DNA of 64,000 nt from Malacoraja senta (lineage: Eukaryota): the NCBI GenBank assembly GCA_038087875.1, contig JAXLNO010002062.1, forward strand, positions 1 to 64,000, read 5' to 3'. Both the position numbers and the translations under genes were made by a program. The notes beneath the pieces are model-generated. The model searched no databases. It saw only the letters and a program-made list of their open reading frames with translations, and was not told the DNA's origin. This document shows, in pieces, positions 1 through 10,950 of this stretch (position 1 is the stretch's first letter; the number at the start of each line of letters is the position of its first letter).

Positions 1-240
1 CAGACAATGCCAACTGCGGGCTGGCAGGGGCGGAATGGGCCGAAGGGCCTGTTTTGGCCGGTCTGGGCTCCCCACATCCACGCCGTTGTCACGCAAGGTC
101 GGCTTCGTGAGTTTGGGGAGGGGTTTGGGGAAATGGTTTGGAAATAAGACAGAAATCGGCCTTAAGGGCTATATTATGTGTGAATATAGTGTGAATTATA
201 AAATGCGGGGATCGGCCTGCAAGTGCCTGTGCATGTTCCC

Positions 241-791
241 CCTGCTGCATTAAAGGGCGTGCATGCATTACTGGTTGCATTAAAGGGAATGCATGCATCA
301 CTGGCTGCATTAAAGGGAATGCATGCATCACTGGCTGCATTAAAGGGAATGCATGCATCACTGGCTGCATTAAAGGGAATGCATGCATCACTGGCTGCAT
401 TAAAGGGAATGCATGCATCACTGTCTGCATTAAAGGGAATGCATGCGTCACTGGCTGCATTAAAGGGAATGCATGTGTCACTGGCTGCATTAAAGGGAAT
501 GCATGCATCACTGGCTGCATTAAAGTGAAGGCATATATCACTGGCTGCATTAAAGGCAATGCATGCATCACTGGCTGCATTAAATGGAATGCATGCGTCA
601 CTGGCTGCATTAAAGGGAATACATGCATCACTGGCTGCATTAAAGGGAATGCATGCATCACTGGCTGCATTAAAGGGAATGCATGCATCACTGGCTGCAT
701 TAAAGGCAATGCATGCATCACTGGCTGCATTAAAGGGAATGCATGCATCACTGGCTGCATTAAAGGGAATGCATGCATCACTGGCTGCATT
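241..791. repeat. 30-bp minisatellite, ~18 copies (CTGGCTGCATTAAAGGGAATGCATGCATCA)
   Basis: Unit is directly visible with period 30 and few substitutions; it explains the repetitive ORFs on both strands. Confidence 0.97.
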
Positions 792-829
792 GCTGCCTCC
801 CGCTGCATGACAGCGCTTTTATCCTTACC

Positions 830-1010
830 TGCTCTTCACAGCTGGATTCCTGCACCACTTCCGGTCGGGTGGCGAACCTCTCGTCCACAAAGGCGCTTCC
901 GGGGAAAGGGGGGACGGTTTAGGGCGGCGCACCGGCGCTGGCAAAGTGGGACGGCGGGTCTCAGGCCTCCGGGTGGAGGGCGAAACGCCGCAGTTTTGGT
1001 TCCGGGTGTT
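830..1010. promoter_or_regulatory. CpG-rich segment with ETS-like CTTCCGG motifs; promoter-like or the end of an unrecognised element
   Basis: High GC and CpG content; ACTTCCGGT, GCTTCCGGG and GTTCCGGG motifs. No downstream gene identified. Confidence 0.25.
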
Positions 1011-1075
1011 TTGTTGTTGTTTTTTGGGGCATTGAGGGTGGAATGGAGAGAACAAAGGGGGGGGGATGAAGGGAT

Positions 1076-1187
1076 GGAGGGAGAGAGAGAGGGAGAGAGA
1101 GAGAGGGAGAGGGGGGGGGGGAGAGTGAGAGGCAGGAGAGAGAGAGAGATAGAGAAGCAGGGAGAGAGAGAGAGAGAGAGAGAGGGT
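1076..1187. repeat. (GA)n purine microsatellite
   Basis: Direct inspection. Confidence 0.95.
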
Positions 1188-1221
1188 GAGAGAAGTATCC
1201 ACCTCTCCCTCCCTCTCGGGT

Positions 1222-1545
1222 CGTCACGGTGACCCAGCGGTAGAGTTACCGCCTCACGGCGCCAGAGACCCCGGTTCCATCCCGACCACGGGTGCTGTCT
1301 GTGCGGTGTTTGCACGTTCTCTCCCCGTGACCTGCGTGGGATTTCTCCGGGCGCTCTGTTTTTCTATCACACTCCAAAGATGTGCGGGTTTGTAGGTTAA
1401 TTGGTTTCTGGTAAAGATTGTAAATTGTCCCCCTGTGTGTGTGTGTAGGATAGTGTTAGTGTGCGGGGATCGCTGGTCAGCACGGACTCGGTGGGGCCGA
1501 AGGGCCTGTTTCCGTACTGTATCTCTAAACTAAACTAGACTAAAC
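1222..1545 (+). mobile_element. tRNA-derived SINE (V-SINE/HE1-like)
   Basis: tRNA-like head with degenerate A/B boxes, central GGTTTGTAGGTTAATTGG domain, GGGCCGAAGGGCCTG tail and (TAAAC)n end; many homologues in the window. Confidence 0.85.
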
Positions 1546-1635
1546 TGGTTGAAGAACATATTTCAAACATCAAGGTGTCCACAAAGTGTAAAATATGTTT
1601 TCATTTTATTTGGAAAGGCCACTAAAGAAAACAGA

Positions 1636-1729
1636 GAAAGAGTTGAGTATTGGAGCAATGATGTCCTTCTGCAGTTGTACAGGGCCCTGGTGAGACCACA
1701 CCTGGAGTATTGTGTGCAGTTTTGGCCTG
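1636..1729 (+). repeat. CR1 LINE RT fragment, first unit of a 109-bp tandem array
   Basis: Encodes [20 protein letters not shown]; same unit as 3092-3396. Confidence 0.85.
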
Positions 1730-3091
1730 TTCGCCTTCCTAATCCACCATCATTCCTGTGCCCACGTCTAACACAACATCCTGCCTCAATGACTACAGAC
1801 CGATTGCCCTTACATCTGTGGCCATGAAGTCATTTGAGCGCATTATTCTCGCTCACCTCAAAACCAGCATTTCATCCAACATGGACCCACATCAATTCGC
1901 ATATAGAGCAAACAGGTCAGTAGAAGACACAGTCAACCTGGCCATCCATCACACACTGCAACACCTGGAAACTGCCAACACTTACGCCCGCATCCTGTTC
2001 ATGGACTACAGTTCGGCATTCAACTCCATCAACCCGGTCAAACTTTTCCATAAATTAACGGACATGAACATTGACCCCTGCGTCTGTCATTGGATCTATA
2101 GCTTCCTTTGGAACAGACAACAGAGGGTGAAGATACATAACACCATATCTCACCCTCTGCACCTCAGTACAGGAGCCCCTCAGGGTTGCGTCTTGTCACC
2201 CTGGTTATTCTCACTCTACACAAATCAACTCACATCCCAGTATAGTTCAGTTAAAATATATAAATACGCAGATGACACAACCATCATAGGTCTCATCTCT
2301 AACAACAACGAAACAGAATACCGCACTCAAACAAACAAAGCAGATAATAACCTCCTACTCAACACATCAAAAACACATGAACTTATCATTGATCTCAGAC
2401 GTAAGGCACAACCCAAGACCCCCCTACTCATCTCTGGCGAACCCATATCCACCACTGACTCATTCAAATTTCTTGGCACTCACATAAGCAATAACCTCAA
2501 ATGGAAAATCAATTCAGATCACATTTATAAAAAAGCCAACCAAAGACTTTTCTTTCTCCGTCAGCTCAAGAAGTTCAGAGTGAGGAAACATCTCCTAATC
2601 CGATTTTACACAGCCATCATCCAAAGCATGCTCACTTCATCAATAACAGTTTGGTACAGCAGTTTAGACACTCACTCCCGTAATAAACTACAGCGCATTG
2701 TCAACAAAGCATCCAAAATCATCAGCACTTCCCTCCCATCAATAGAATCACTCAATCTCAAACGGTCTGTGTCAAGGGTGAATAAAATAATTTCTGATCC
2801 CTCCCACGCAGCTCACCACATCTTCCACCTGCTGCCGTCAGGAAGGCGCTACAGCTCACTGCCCGCCAAAACATCACGACTTAAAAACAGTTTCTACCCA
2901 TATGCAATTCGAAATCTGAACACTCTATGACAACATCACATAGCCACCTCGTGCATGTACTGTATACTGTATGTTGTTGTGTTTTATGTTATGTTTGACA
3001 GGAATCAGCCTATTGTGTAACATCCTGTACTGAACATGAATTCCACCAGCTTGACTGTGTGGTCATTAAATAATCTGAATCTGAATCTGAA
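1730..3091 (+). mobile_element. 5'-truncated Rex1/Babar-type LINE with (CTGAAT)n tail
   Basis: RT ORF followed by a 3' UTR ending in TCTGAA repeats; interrupts the CR1 tandem array. Confidence 0.85.
1758..2930 (+). CDS. Reverse transcriptase, C-terminal part of Rex1/Babar LINE ORF
   Basis: YRPIALTS, GAPQGCVLSP, YADD, FKFLG and KKANQRLFFLRQL motifs; 390-aa open frame that is 5'-truncated. Confidence 0.88.
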   Translation: MPTSNTTSCLNDYRPIALTSVAMKSFERIILAHLKTSISSNMDPHQFAYRANRSVEDTVNLAIHHTLQHLETANTYARILFMDYSSAFNSINPVKLFHKLTDMNIDPCVCHWIYSFLWNRQQRVKIHNTISHPLHLSTGAPQGCVLSPWLFSLYTNQLTSQYSSVKIYKYADDTTIIGLISNNNETEYRTQTNKADNNLLLNTSKTHELIIDLRRKAQPKTPLLISGEPISTTDSFKFLGTHISNNLKWKINSDHIYKKANQRLFFLRQLKKFRVRKHLLIRFYTAIIQSMLTSSITVWYSSLDTHSRNKLQRIVNKASKIISTSLPSIESLNLKRSVSRVNKIISDPSHAAHHIFHLLPSGRRYSSLPAKTSRLKNSFYPYAIRNLNTL

Positions 3092-3396
3092 TAACAAGAG
3101 GAGTTGAGTACAGGAGCAAAGAGGTCCTTCTGCAGTTGTACAGGGCCCTGGTGAGACCACACCTGGAGTATTGTGTGCAGTTTTGGCCTGTTGGCCTTTA
3201 TAACAAGAGGAGTTGAGTATTGGAGCAAAGAGGTCCTTCTGCAGTTGTACAGGGCCCTGGTGAGACCACACCTGGAGTATTGTGTGCAGTTTTGGCCTGT
3301 TGGCCTTTATAACAAGAGGAGTTGAGTATTGGAGCAAAGAGGTCCTTCTGCAGTTGTACAGGGCCCTGGTGAGACCACACCTGAAGTATTGTGTGC
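3092..3396 (+). repeat. Tandem array (~3 units) of a 109-bp CR1 RT fragment
   Basis: TAACAAGAGGAGTTGAGTA recurs at about 3092, 3201 and 3310. Confidence 0.92.
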
Positions 3397-3436
3397 CCGC
3401 ACACACGCACGCCCTCCACCCGCGCGTGTGTGAACG

Positions 3437-3853
3437 GGCGATTCATCCCCAACAACACTGCTCCGGATGGGTCAGTGTCAAGAGCCCTAGCAGGTCTCAC
3501 CTCTCTGTCTATCGAATTGGCTGAGAACTCTGGAGTAGACAACTCCTGGACTGGGTTTCTAGAATCCTGGTTTGGGAAATGGAAGCACTGCTTTACCTCA
3601 GCTCTAACATCAGTGGTAGTCATGGTGGGGTTACTGTGTTTGTTCGGATGTTGTATCATTCCCTGCGTACGGGGATTGGCTCAGCGATTGATAGAAACAG
3701 CCCTGACAAAGAACAGCGCTGCCACCATGATGGCCTTCAGAACACAGTATAACCAACGAGAGGGGGATAGGGAGGCGAAGAATCTGCTGCTAGCATTAGA
3801 AAAGGAAGATAGTATAAATCAAAGGTTGCGTAGCAAAAAAGAAAAGGGTGGAT
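3437..3853 (+). pseudogene. env: ERV env TM C-terminal fragment (duplicate of ~5980-6394)
   Basis: Near-identical to the downstream env (FIPNNTAPDGSVSRALAGL...CCIIPC). Confidence 0.92.
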
Positions 3854-4144
3854 TGTGAGGAAAGAGTTAACAGACATAGTTGATTTAGACTAGGGATAGA
3901 AAAATGGCTTGTGGTGTCAGCAGAAGCCAGACTGCTGGTAAAATAGAAAATAACGATATATAGAACAGAGAGAAATTCTAGATAAAAAGTAGCAAATTCA
4001 GCAGAAGATTTGAGGAGTAAGTAGAAAGGGAGAAAGTACATAAGGTCAAACATATCTGTGCATGCCTAATGAACTTACATGTATATGTACACACACCCAC
4101 TATGACAAGATGCCTCATTTAAATGCACATGCGATGCATGATAT
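3854..4144 (+). repeat. Partial ERV LTR (U3 portion only)
   Basis: Starts TGTGAG after a polypurine tract and matches 6395 to ~6680, then jumps into pol sequence. Confidence 0.88.
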
Positions 4145-4145
4145 A

Positions 4146-4445
4146 GAACTAAAATTAAAGGATTGCTGGCCCAGAGCCCACCACTGGACTTCCCGATACA
4201 CTCAGTCAAGGCTGGAGACTGGGTATTAATAAAAACGTGGAAAGAAGAAAAGCTGCAACCTAAGTGGACTGGACCCTACCTGGTGTTACTAATCACCGAG
4301 ACGGCAGTACGAACAAAAGAGAAAGGGTGGACACACGCAAGTCGAGTTAAGGGTCCTGTGGAGGCCCCACCAGACAATATCAGCCCGTGGACTGTGCGCA
4401 AAGGAGAGGAACCATTGACTTTAATATTTACCAAGAACCCGCGGG
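4146..4445 (+). pseudogene. pol: ERV pol 3' end (integrase C-terminal GPY/F domain)
   Basis: GDWVLIKTWKEEKLQPKWTGPYLVLLITETAVRTKEKGWTHASRVK is a typical class I ERV integrase tail. Confidence 0.9.
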
Positions 4446-4448
4446 AAA

Positions 4449-6424
4449 ATGAAGATTTTGTGTTGGTGGGTCGTGTGTTGGGTGGTTACCCAACTCGTGA
4501 GTAATATAACATGTATAAAAATCACAATACCACAGAATAGAAGGCCCACCACCATCCCATTTAATGTATGTAAAAGAAAATGGTGGTGTGGCTATAGAAT
4601 GTATGTATGCACCCATCCCTGTAGAAATTGGCACGCGGTGTTTACTTCATCAAAATATGGGTGGCATCGAACCACCTATCAAACTGATAGGTGGAAAATA
4701 TATCAAAACCCGAACGAGAAATTGCCAGGACGTATATATGTGAGCATACAGAGTGTTCAAATGCAGGAAAGTGGTAGGTATTGGATATGTGCAGATAGAA
4801 CAGGGAAGGACACATGTCTGAAGTTTGAGATAGAAGTGAAGCGGGATGGGGAGATGGTAAGATAAGAGAATAGGGGAAAGGTGTTGAAGATAGATGACAG
4901 TCAGAATAGGGATCCCGGGGCAACACCAGCACCACCGGTAGTCAGCAAAGTCACCAGGGAGAATGAGTCTAAGGATCTGAATATAATGATAGTAGAAGGA
5001 GAAACAGGATGAAGGCAGTTATATGAGAAGGGAATACCAACAGGGGGAAAAGGAGCCAACACCTGGCTTGCCTGGATGATGTACACAGCCAGAAGTATGC
5101 AACAAACCAATTGTTACACCTGCGCCGGAGCTAGGCCTCAGCTGGTCCCAGTACCATTTCCCCTGAATTGGAATAGAACACCTAGGGCTATGTCATGTAT
5201 ACTACAGCTATTCACGAATCCCCTCTTACCAAAGAATGTGATATGCCAGAGTTATCATTACCTATTTCCGACCAGCAACAACAATACGAAGGGCCGAAGG
5301 GAAGATCCTCGACCTCCTCCATTTACCAGTCCTCTTGGGGAGGAGGGATTTGAGTGTTATACCAGAAATAACCCAGAGGGACAGGATATGGGGAAGGTGC
5401 TCAACTGCAATCAGACGTATAACATAACGGCTGAGGAACAGGGACCACTGTTCAATAGCTCCTGGCTAAAAAAGCAGATAGTCAGTAGAGCCGATGTCTG
5501 GTGGTGGTGCGGGGAGAATACCCTGTGGCCCCGGTTACTGGGGTCATGGACGGGAACCTGTACCCTCACACAACTGATGATGCCCTTCACCATAGCAGTA
5601 GAACATGCTGTAGAACTCAATGACGGAAGCCAACGACAAAAGAGAGGGGTGAAAGGATCATTCGACACACACATATATATATAGATGCGATAGGGGTGAC
5701 AAGAGGGGTACCCGATGAATTCAAAGCCAGAAACCAGATAGCTGCGGGCTTTGAGTCCATGCTCTTCTGGTGGTCCACAATTAATAAAAATGTGGACTGG
5801 ATCAACTACCTATACTACAATCAACAACGCTTTATAAATTACACTCGAGATGCAGTTGAAGGATTAGCGGAACAACTGACAGCTACCAGCCAAATGGCCT
5901 GGCAAAATCGCATGGCCTTGGACATGCTACTGGCTGAGAAGGGAGGGGTGTGTGTAATGTTTGGCGAACAATGTTGCACATTCATCCCCAACAACACTGC
6001 TCCGGATGGGTCAGTGTCAAGAGCCCTAGCAGGTCTCACCTCTCTGACTATCGAATTGGCTGAGAACTCTGGAGTAGACAACTCCTGGACTGGGTTTCTA
6101 GAATCCTGGTTTGGGAAATGGAAGCACATCTTTACCTCAGCTCTAACATCAGTGGTAGTCATGGTGGGGTTACTGTGTTTGTTCGGATGTTGTATCATTC
6201 CCTGCGTACGGGGATTGGCTCAGCGATTGATAGAAACAGCCCTGACAAAGAACAGCGCCGCCACCATGATGGCCTTCAGAACACAGTATAACCAACGAGA
6301 GGGGGATAGGGAGGTGAAGAATCTGCTGCTAGCATTAGAAAAGGAAGATATAGTAGAAATCAAAGGTTGCGTAGCAAAAAAGAAAAGGGTGAATTGTGAG
6401 GAAAGAGTTAACAGACATGGTTGA
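4449..6424 (+). pseudogene. env: HERV-I-like ERV envelope with two in-frame stops and one frameshift
   Basis: Signal peptide; one frame 4449-5684 with TAA 4863-4865 and TGA 5010-5012; furin site RQKR; 2-bp slip in an (AT)n run near 5680; DAIGVTRGVPDEFKARNQIAAGFES; ISD QNRMALDMLLAEKGG; CX6CC; membrane anchor. Confidence 0.93.
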
Positions 6425-6948
6425 TTTAGACTAGGGATAGAAAAATGGCTTGGGGTGTCAGCAGAAGCCAGACTGCTGGTAAAATAGAAAATAACGATAT
6501 ATAGAACAGAGAGAAATTCTAGATAAAAAGTAGCAAATTCAGCAGAAGATTTGAGAAGTAGAAAGAGAGAAAGTACATAAGGTCAAACATATCTGTGCAT
6601 GCCTAATGAACTTACATGAATATGTACACACACCCACTATGACAAGATGCCTCATTTAAATGCACATGCGATGCATGATATGGGAGGTGTCTTTGACGTT
6701 GGGTGGACGTTCCAGGACGTTCTCGTGGGAATGTGGGCTTTATGTTATGATTGGAAGAAGCACAATGGGGATGGATGAGGGTGTGACAATGATACCCATG
6801 AAATGTATAAAGATAGAAGATATCCCGATCCTCGGTGTGCCTCTAGGGGACATCAGAGGAGAGGCACCGATTCTGCAGAATATGATTTAAATAAAAAGCT
6901 TCTTTGCCGACTTTGTCTCTAAAAGTGTTTGTGATTTTGCATCTCACA
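6395..6948 (+). repeat. ERV 3' LTR (554 bp)
   Basis: Preceded by PPT AAAAAAGAAAAGGG; perfect 6-bp terminal inverted repeat TGTGAG...CTCACA; AATAAA at 6890-6895. Confidence 0.9.
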
Positions 6949-7899
6949 CTTATGTATGGCTTAATTGTATTCATGCATAGTATGATTTGGCTGAATACCA
7001 CGCAAAGGGGTTTTCACTGTATATAGTTACCCGTGTCAATAATAAACCAACACGTTGTATCTATCGATTGCAACACCCAGTGTTTATTTTAAGCAGGTAG
7101 CAAGGTTGTATTAAAATTTCCTTTTTGCCTTTGACTACGTGGTGAATGTAAAGATGGGTCATAATGCACTGTATCGTTACTACTGTTTATTCATAATACA
7201 CATACTTTGCTGCCCTAGCTGTCCGTGGTCTGTCACTGGAACTAGAGAGAGAGAGAACTGGGTGGGAAGGTTGTAATTATACCAGTGATGTGGGGAGTGG
7301 TTAGTAGTGGTGAGGTCACTATGTTAAAGGTACATGCACATTTCATCTACAGTGAAGAGCCATCTTTTTTTCCACCGCTGAAGACCTCCTGGCGCCAGTA
7401 CAATATTCTGTCGGCGTGGGGCGATTCGGCATTTGCAATACTGAGGATCAGGACATATTTCCAAATCAGAATGGCGGTCAATTTGGATCTTGATCTGCAG
7501 GTGCTATTTTTACACGGTAGATTTCAAAGGGAGAACAGCACTAATTGCCCGCTTGGAAAGCGAAAGGGTGTTGATTCCACCGTCCAGAGGAAAATGATTA
7601 TAATCTTCCATTCAGTGGCCAAAAGTAACACCAGTCCAAATTAGTCATTTTCCCTGCAGCTTCCAAGTTCACGCGAGTCCTACTGTCTGGTCAAAAAGAC
7701 GGTGATTCAATTATTATTGGAACAGAGATTGATGGCGGAGGAGTTAGCTTGGTAATGTTATTGAATGTCAAGGCAGTTTACATCTTGCCTAATACTACAC
7801 CTGCAAACAACTTTGCTGACATTCACACATTTCCTAAACATGGAACTCATATCTATACCAACATCTTTGATTTAAATCAGAAAATACAAACAAAATTCG

Positions 7900-8068
7900 C
7901 AGCAGTCGAACGGATGCCTCGCAGCGTCAGAGACCCGGGTTTGATCCCGACTACGGACGCTGTCTGTGTGAACGTCGTACGTGGGTTTTCTCCGGGCGCT
8001 GGTCTCCACCCACATTCCAAACTCGTGCAGGTTTATCGGTTAATTGCCCTTTGTAAATTGCCCCTAGT
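7900..8068 (+). mobile_element. Degraded SINE
   Basis: Homologous to 1222-1545. Confidence 0.7.
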
Positions 8069-8089
8069 AAGACTGCGTCGAAACGGGCT

Positions 8090-8440
8090 TCTCGGCACAG
8101 CATGCCCCATCTACATTAGTCCCAACTCCCCACGCTTGGCTCATAACCCTCTAAACCTATCCTATGCATGTACCTGTCCAATTGTATATTTATTGTTATG
8201 ATAGTACCTGTCTCAACCTCCTCCTCTGGCAGCTCGTTCCATATACCCACCACTCTTTGTGTAAAAATGTTATCCCCAGGTTCCTATTAAATCTCCACAC
8301 TCACCCACCTCTCACCGTAAATCTATATCCTCTGGTTCTCGAGTCCCCTATTGTGGGCAAAAAACTCAAGCGCATTTACCTGATTGATTGCTCACATAAT
8401 TTTGTAAACCTCTTTCAGATCACCCCATCCTTTTGCACTC
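8090..8440 (-). mobile_element. CR1 LINE 3' end fragment
   Basis: Reverse complement matches the TGGACAGGTACATG...GGTTTAGAGGG CR1 tail seen elsewhere in the window. Confidence 0.65.
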
Positions 8441-8484
8441 TAAGGAATGAAATCCAGAACCAGGGGCCACATTTCCAGAACCAG

Positions 8485-8760
8485 GGACCACAGTTTAAGA
8501 ATAAGGAGTAAGCCATTTAGAACGGAGACGAGGAAACACTTTTTCTCACAGAGAGTGGTGAGTCTGTGAAATTCTCTGCCTCAGAGGGCAGTGGATGCTT
8601 TCAAGAGAGAGCTAGATAGGGCTCTTAAAAATAGTGGAGTCAGGGGATATGGGGAGAAGGCAGGAACGGGGTACTGATTGGGGATGATCAGCCATGATCA
8701 CATTGAATGGCGGTGCTGGCTCGAAGGATCGAATGGCCTACTCCTGCACCTATTTTCTAT
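8485..8760 (+). mobile_element. CR1 LINE 3' end
   Basis: RT end (FRTETRKHFFSQRVV) and 3' UTR ending GGCCTACTCCTGCACCTATTTTCTAT. Confidence 0.8.
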
Positions 8761-9034
8761 TGAAATCAGAGCCTTCTCAACCTCACCCTCCCTGAACAGA
8801 GACTCAGTGACTTGCAGAACAGTTCAGCATTGGAACAGGCCCTTGGGGCCACACCTTCTGTTCCAAACGTGATGCCAAGTTGAACTAATCTCCTCCACCA
8901 ACACATGTTCCATATCCATCCTTTCCCTGCATATCTATGCCTTTCTAAAGACTTCAAATGCCACTATCAAGTCTCCTTGTAAATCTTCTCTGGACTCTTT
9001 CCAGCTGGTGTGTTAAAAACAAAGTGCATGAAGA

Positions 9035-9200
9035 ATTCAGTGGGTCAGGCAGCATCTGTGGTGGGAATCGACTGACAACGTTTTGAAGTCACCAGTCTGA
9101 ACAAGAGTTCCAGCCTGAATTGTCGTTGGTTCATTCCATCCCACAGATGTTGCCTGACCCACTGTGTTCCTCCAACAGTTTTGCTCAACGATCCAATATC
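9035..9200. repeat. Penelope-terminus-derived palindromic mini element
   Basis: GGGTCAGGCAGCATCTGTGG ... CCACAGATGTTGCCTGACCC inverted arms; the same arms flank the Penelope fragment at ~57970-58130. Confidence 0.6.
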
Positions 9201-10764
9201 TGCAGTTTCTAGTATCCCCAGAGATCTGTTAACTGTCACCATTTAATTGCCCTATTTTATTACATTTTGTATTACATTTCTGTTAAATTATGTTGCAGTC
9301 TTGGAAATGTTTTCACCTCAGCTGCAAACCTGCGTTCCTAGTGTACATTGCTACTTTAATCATGCTAAATTATGATCACTGCCATCAAAACACCTCATCA
9401 CTATCACTACAATACTACTCCCATCTTGCTGCCAAGCAATACCCACCATTTTCTATACAGTCGCCTTAATACTATTTCTTAAATGAATTTGAGAACCTCT
9501 GCACTCTGCTTCAGTGACAGATAATATTAAGTGTAAATTCACAACTATTTATTGTTCTGGGGTGGGTTATTTTGCACCATATAAACAGGCCAAAATATTT
9601 CTCCTTCCGTATCCCTAAGTTTATTTGATATACGATGATAAATACAAATCAATGGATCATTTAAATGTTTACTGTGCTGATGGAGACCATTCATCCTATC
9701 AGGCCAATGCCACCTCTCTACTGGAGAAAATCACGTTCAACCCCAGCCCTTAGACTGTAGTTTTGCATGTTTTTGCTCACAATTAGTTTATCCAATTCTC
9801 TCTTTGTGATGAAACATAAATAGGATTTGGATCAATGAACGGAGAAAGAAAATTTCAAGGGTACAAATGACTATCTTTATTACGTCAAATTACAAGACAA
9901 AGCATTAAAAAAGCAACGAATCTCATGGCTTTCAGCTCAATGTGTTAAATGATAGAAGCCATGGCAAATACCATCAAGTCTCACAGTCTTCTTCCCATTG
10001 GAGACTCCTATTTATGATGGCTGGTGTGGAGATCTTGCGGGCCCAGCCACTGTCCTTCAAAGGTTCTGCATTAAATCGAGCACCGTGCTATTCTTGCATG
10101 TCTCGGAGAAAAGAAAGGTTTAACTTATCCTTTAGCTACAATAAATATCCTTGTAGGCTGCTCCATCATTTCCCAGTTATTCTAAGTGAGCCCTCAATCA
10201 TCTAATTGTTTCCCAAAGCCAGCCTACTTGCTTACCATAAAGTGCAGTTAGCAGAAAATGTCATCTTAGGTGAAAACCCCGTTTAACTTTTCCAATGCAC
10301 TAAGGGCATAATGGAGCCAATTACACAACATCTACATGCCATACACTTGACATTCCAAACGCACGTTGCATAGAATTCCTTGTCCACTCTCAAACCCTCC
10401 AGCAAAGTGAGCAGCCTCCCTATCCATTCTTCCCATCAAAGATTGATAATTTTCCAGAGCTCCAAGAACTTAATATGTGATTCACCACCCTCTGACTCTT
10501 GAGATTCCTCCTTATCCCTTTCTAAAGATACATCATGTTATTCTGAGAAATGTGCTTGCCAAGACCATGGCATCTGCAGTTTTAGTCTCCTGATCTTAAG
10601 AAGAATGTTCTTGTTATGGAGGGAGTGCCGTGAAGGTTGATCAGATTTCAGGGATGGGAGGACTAATGTATGAAGGGCGATTTGGGCGATTAGTTTTACA
10701 TTGTGATTAGGACCATTCAAAATCAACTACAACATTCTTATGGGTCTGTACAGATTGAAGAGAG

Positions 10765-10950
10765 TCAAGAGTATTTTATTGTCATATGTCCCAGATAATA
10801 TAATGAAATTCTTACTCGCTGCAGCACAACGGAATATGTAAACATAGTACATGGTAAACAATATGAAAAACGAGAAAGAGAAAAACAAAATCAATGTGCA
10901 CATATATATATATATACACACACACACACATATATGTGTAGAAAAGTACG
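10765..10950 (-). repeat. LINE 3' tail (Rex1-like) with (TA)n/(CA)n microsatellite
   Basis: Reverse complement reads ATGACAATAAAATACTCTTGACTCT. Confidence 0.55.

Noticed and set aside
241-791. CRISPR-like array
   Set aside because: Units are contiguous with no unique spacers, there are no cas genes, and the context is vertebrate.
89-810. Long repetitive ORFs (239 aa, 235 aa and others)
   Set aside because: By-products of a stop-free 30-bp repeat, open on both strands, with no splice or domain evidence.
1222-1300. tRNA gene
   Set aside because: It is a degenerate SINE head continuing into the SINE core and tail; no full cloverleaf.
825-1315. Ser/Leu-rich and Glu/Arg-rich ORFs
   Set aside because: Translation of the (GA)n microsatellite.
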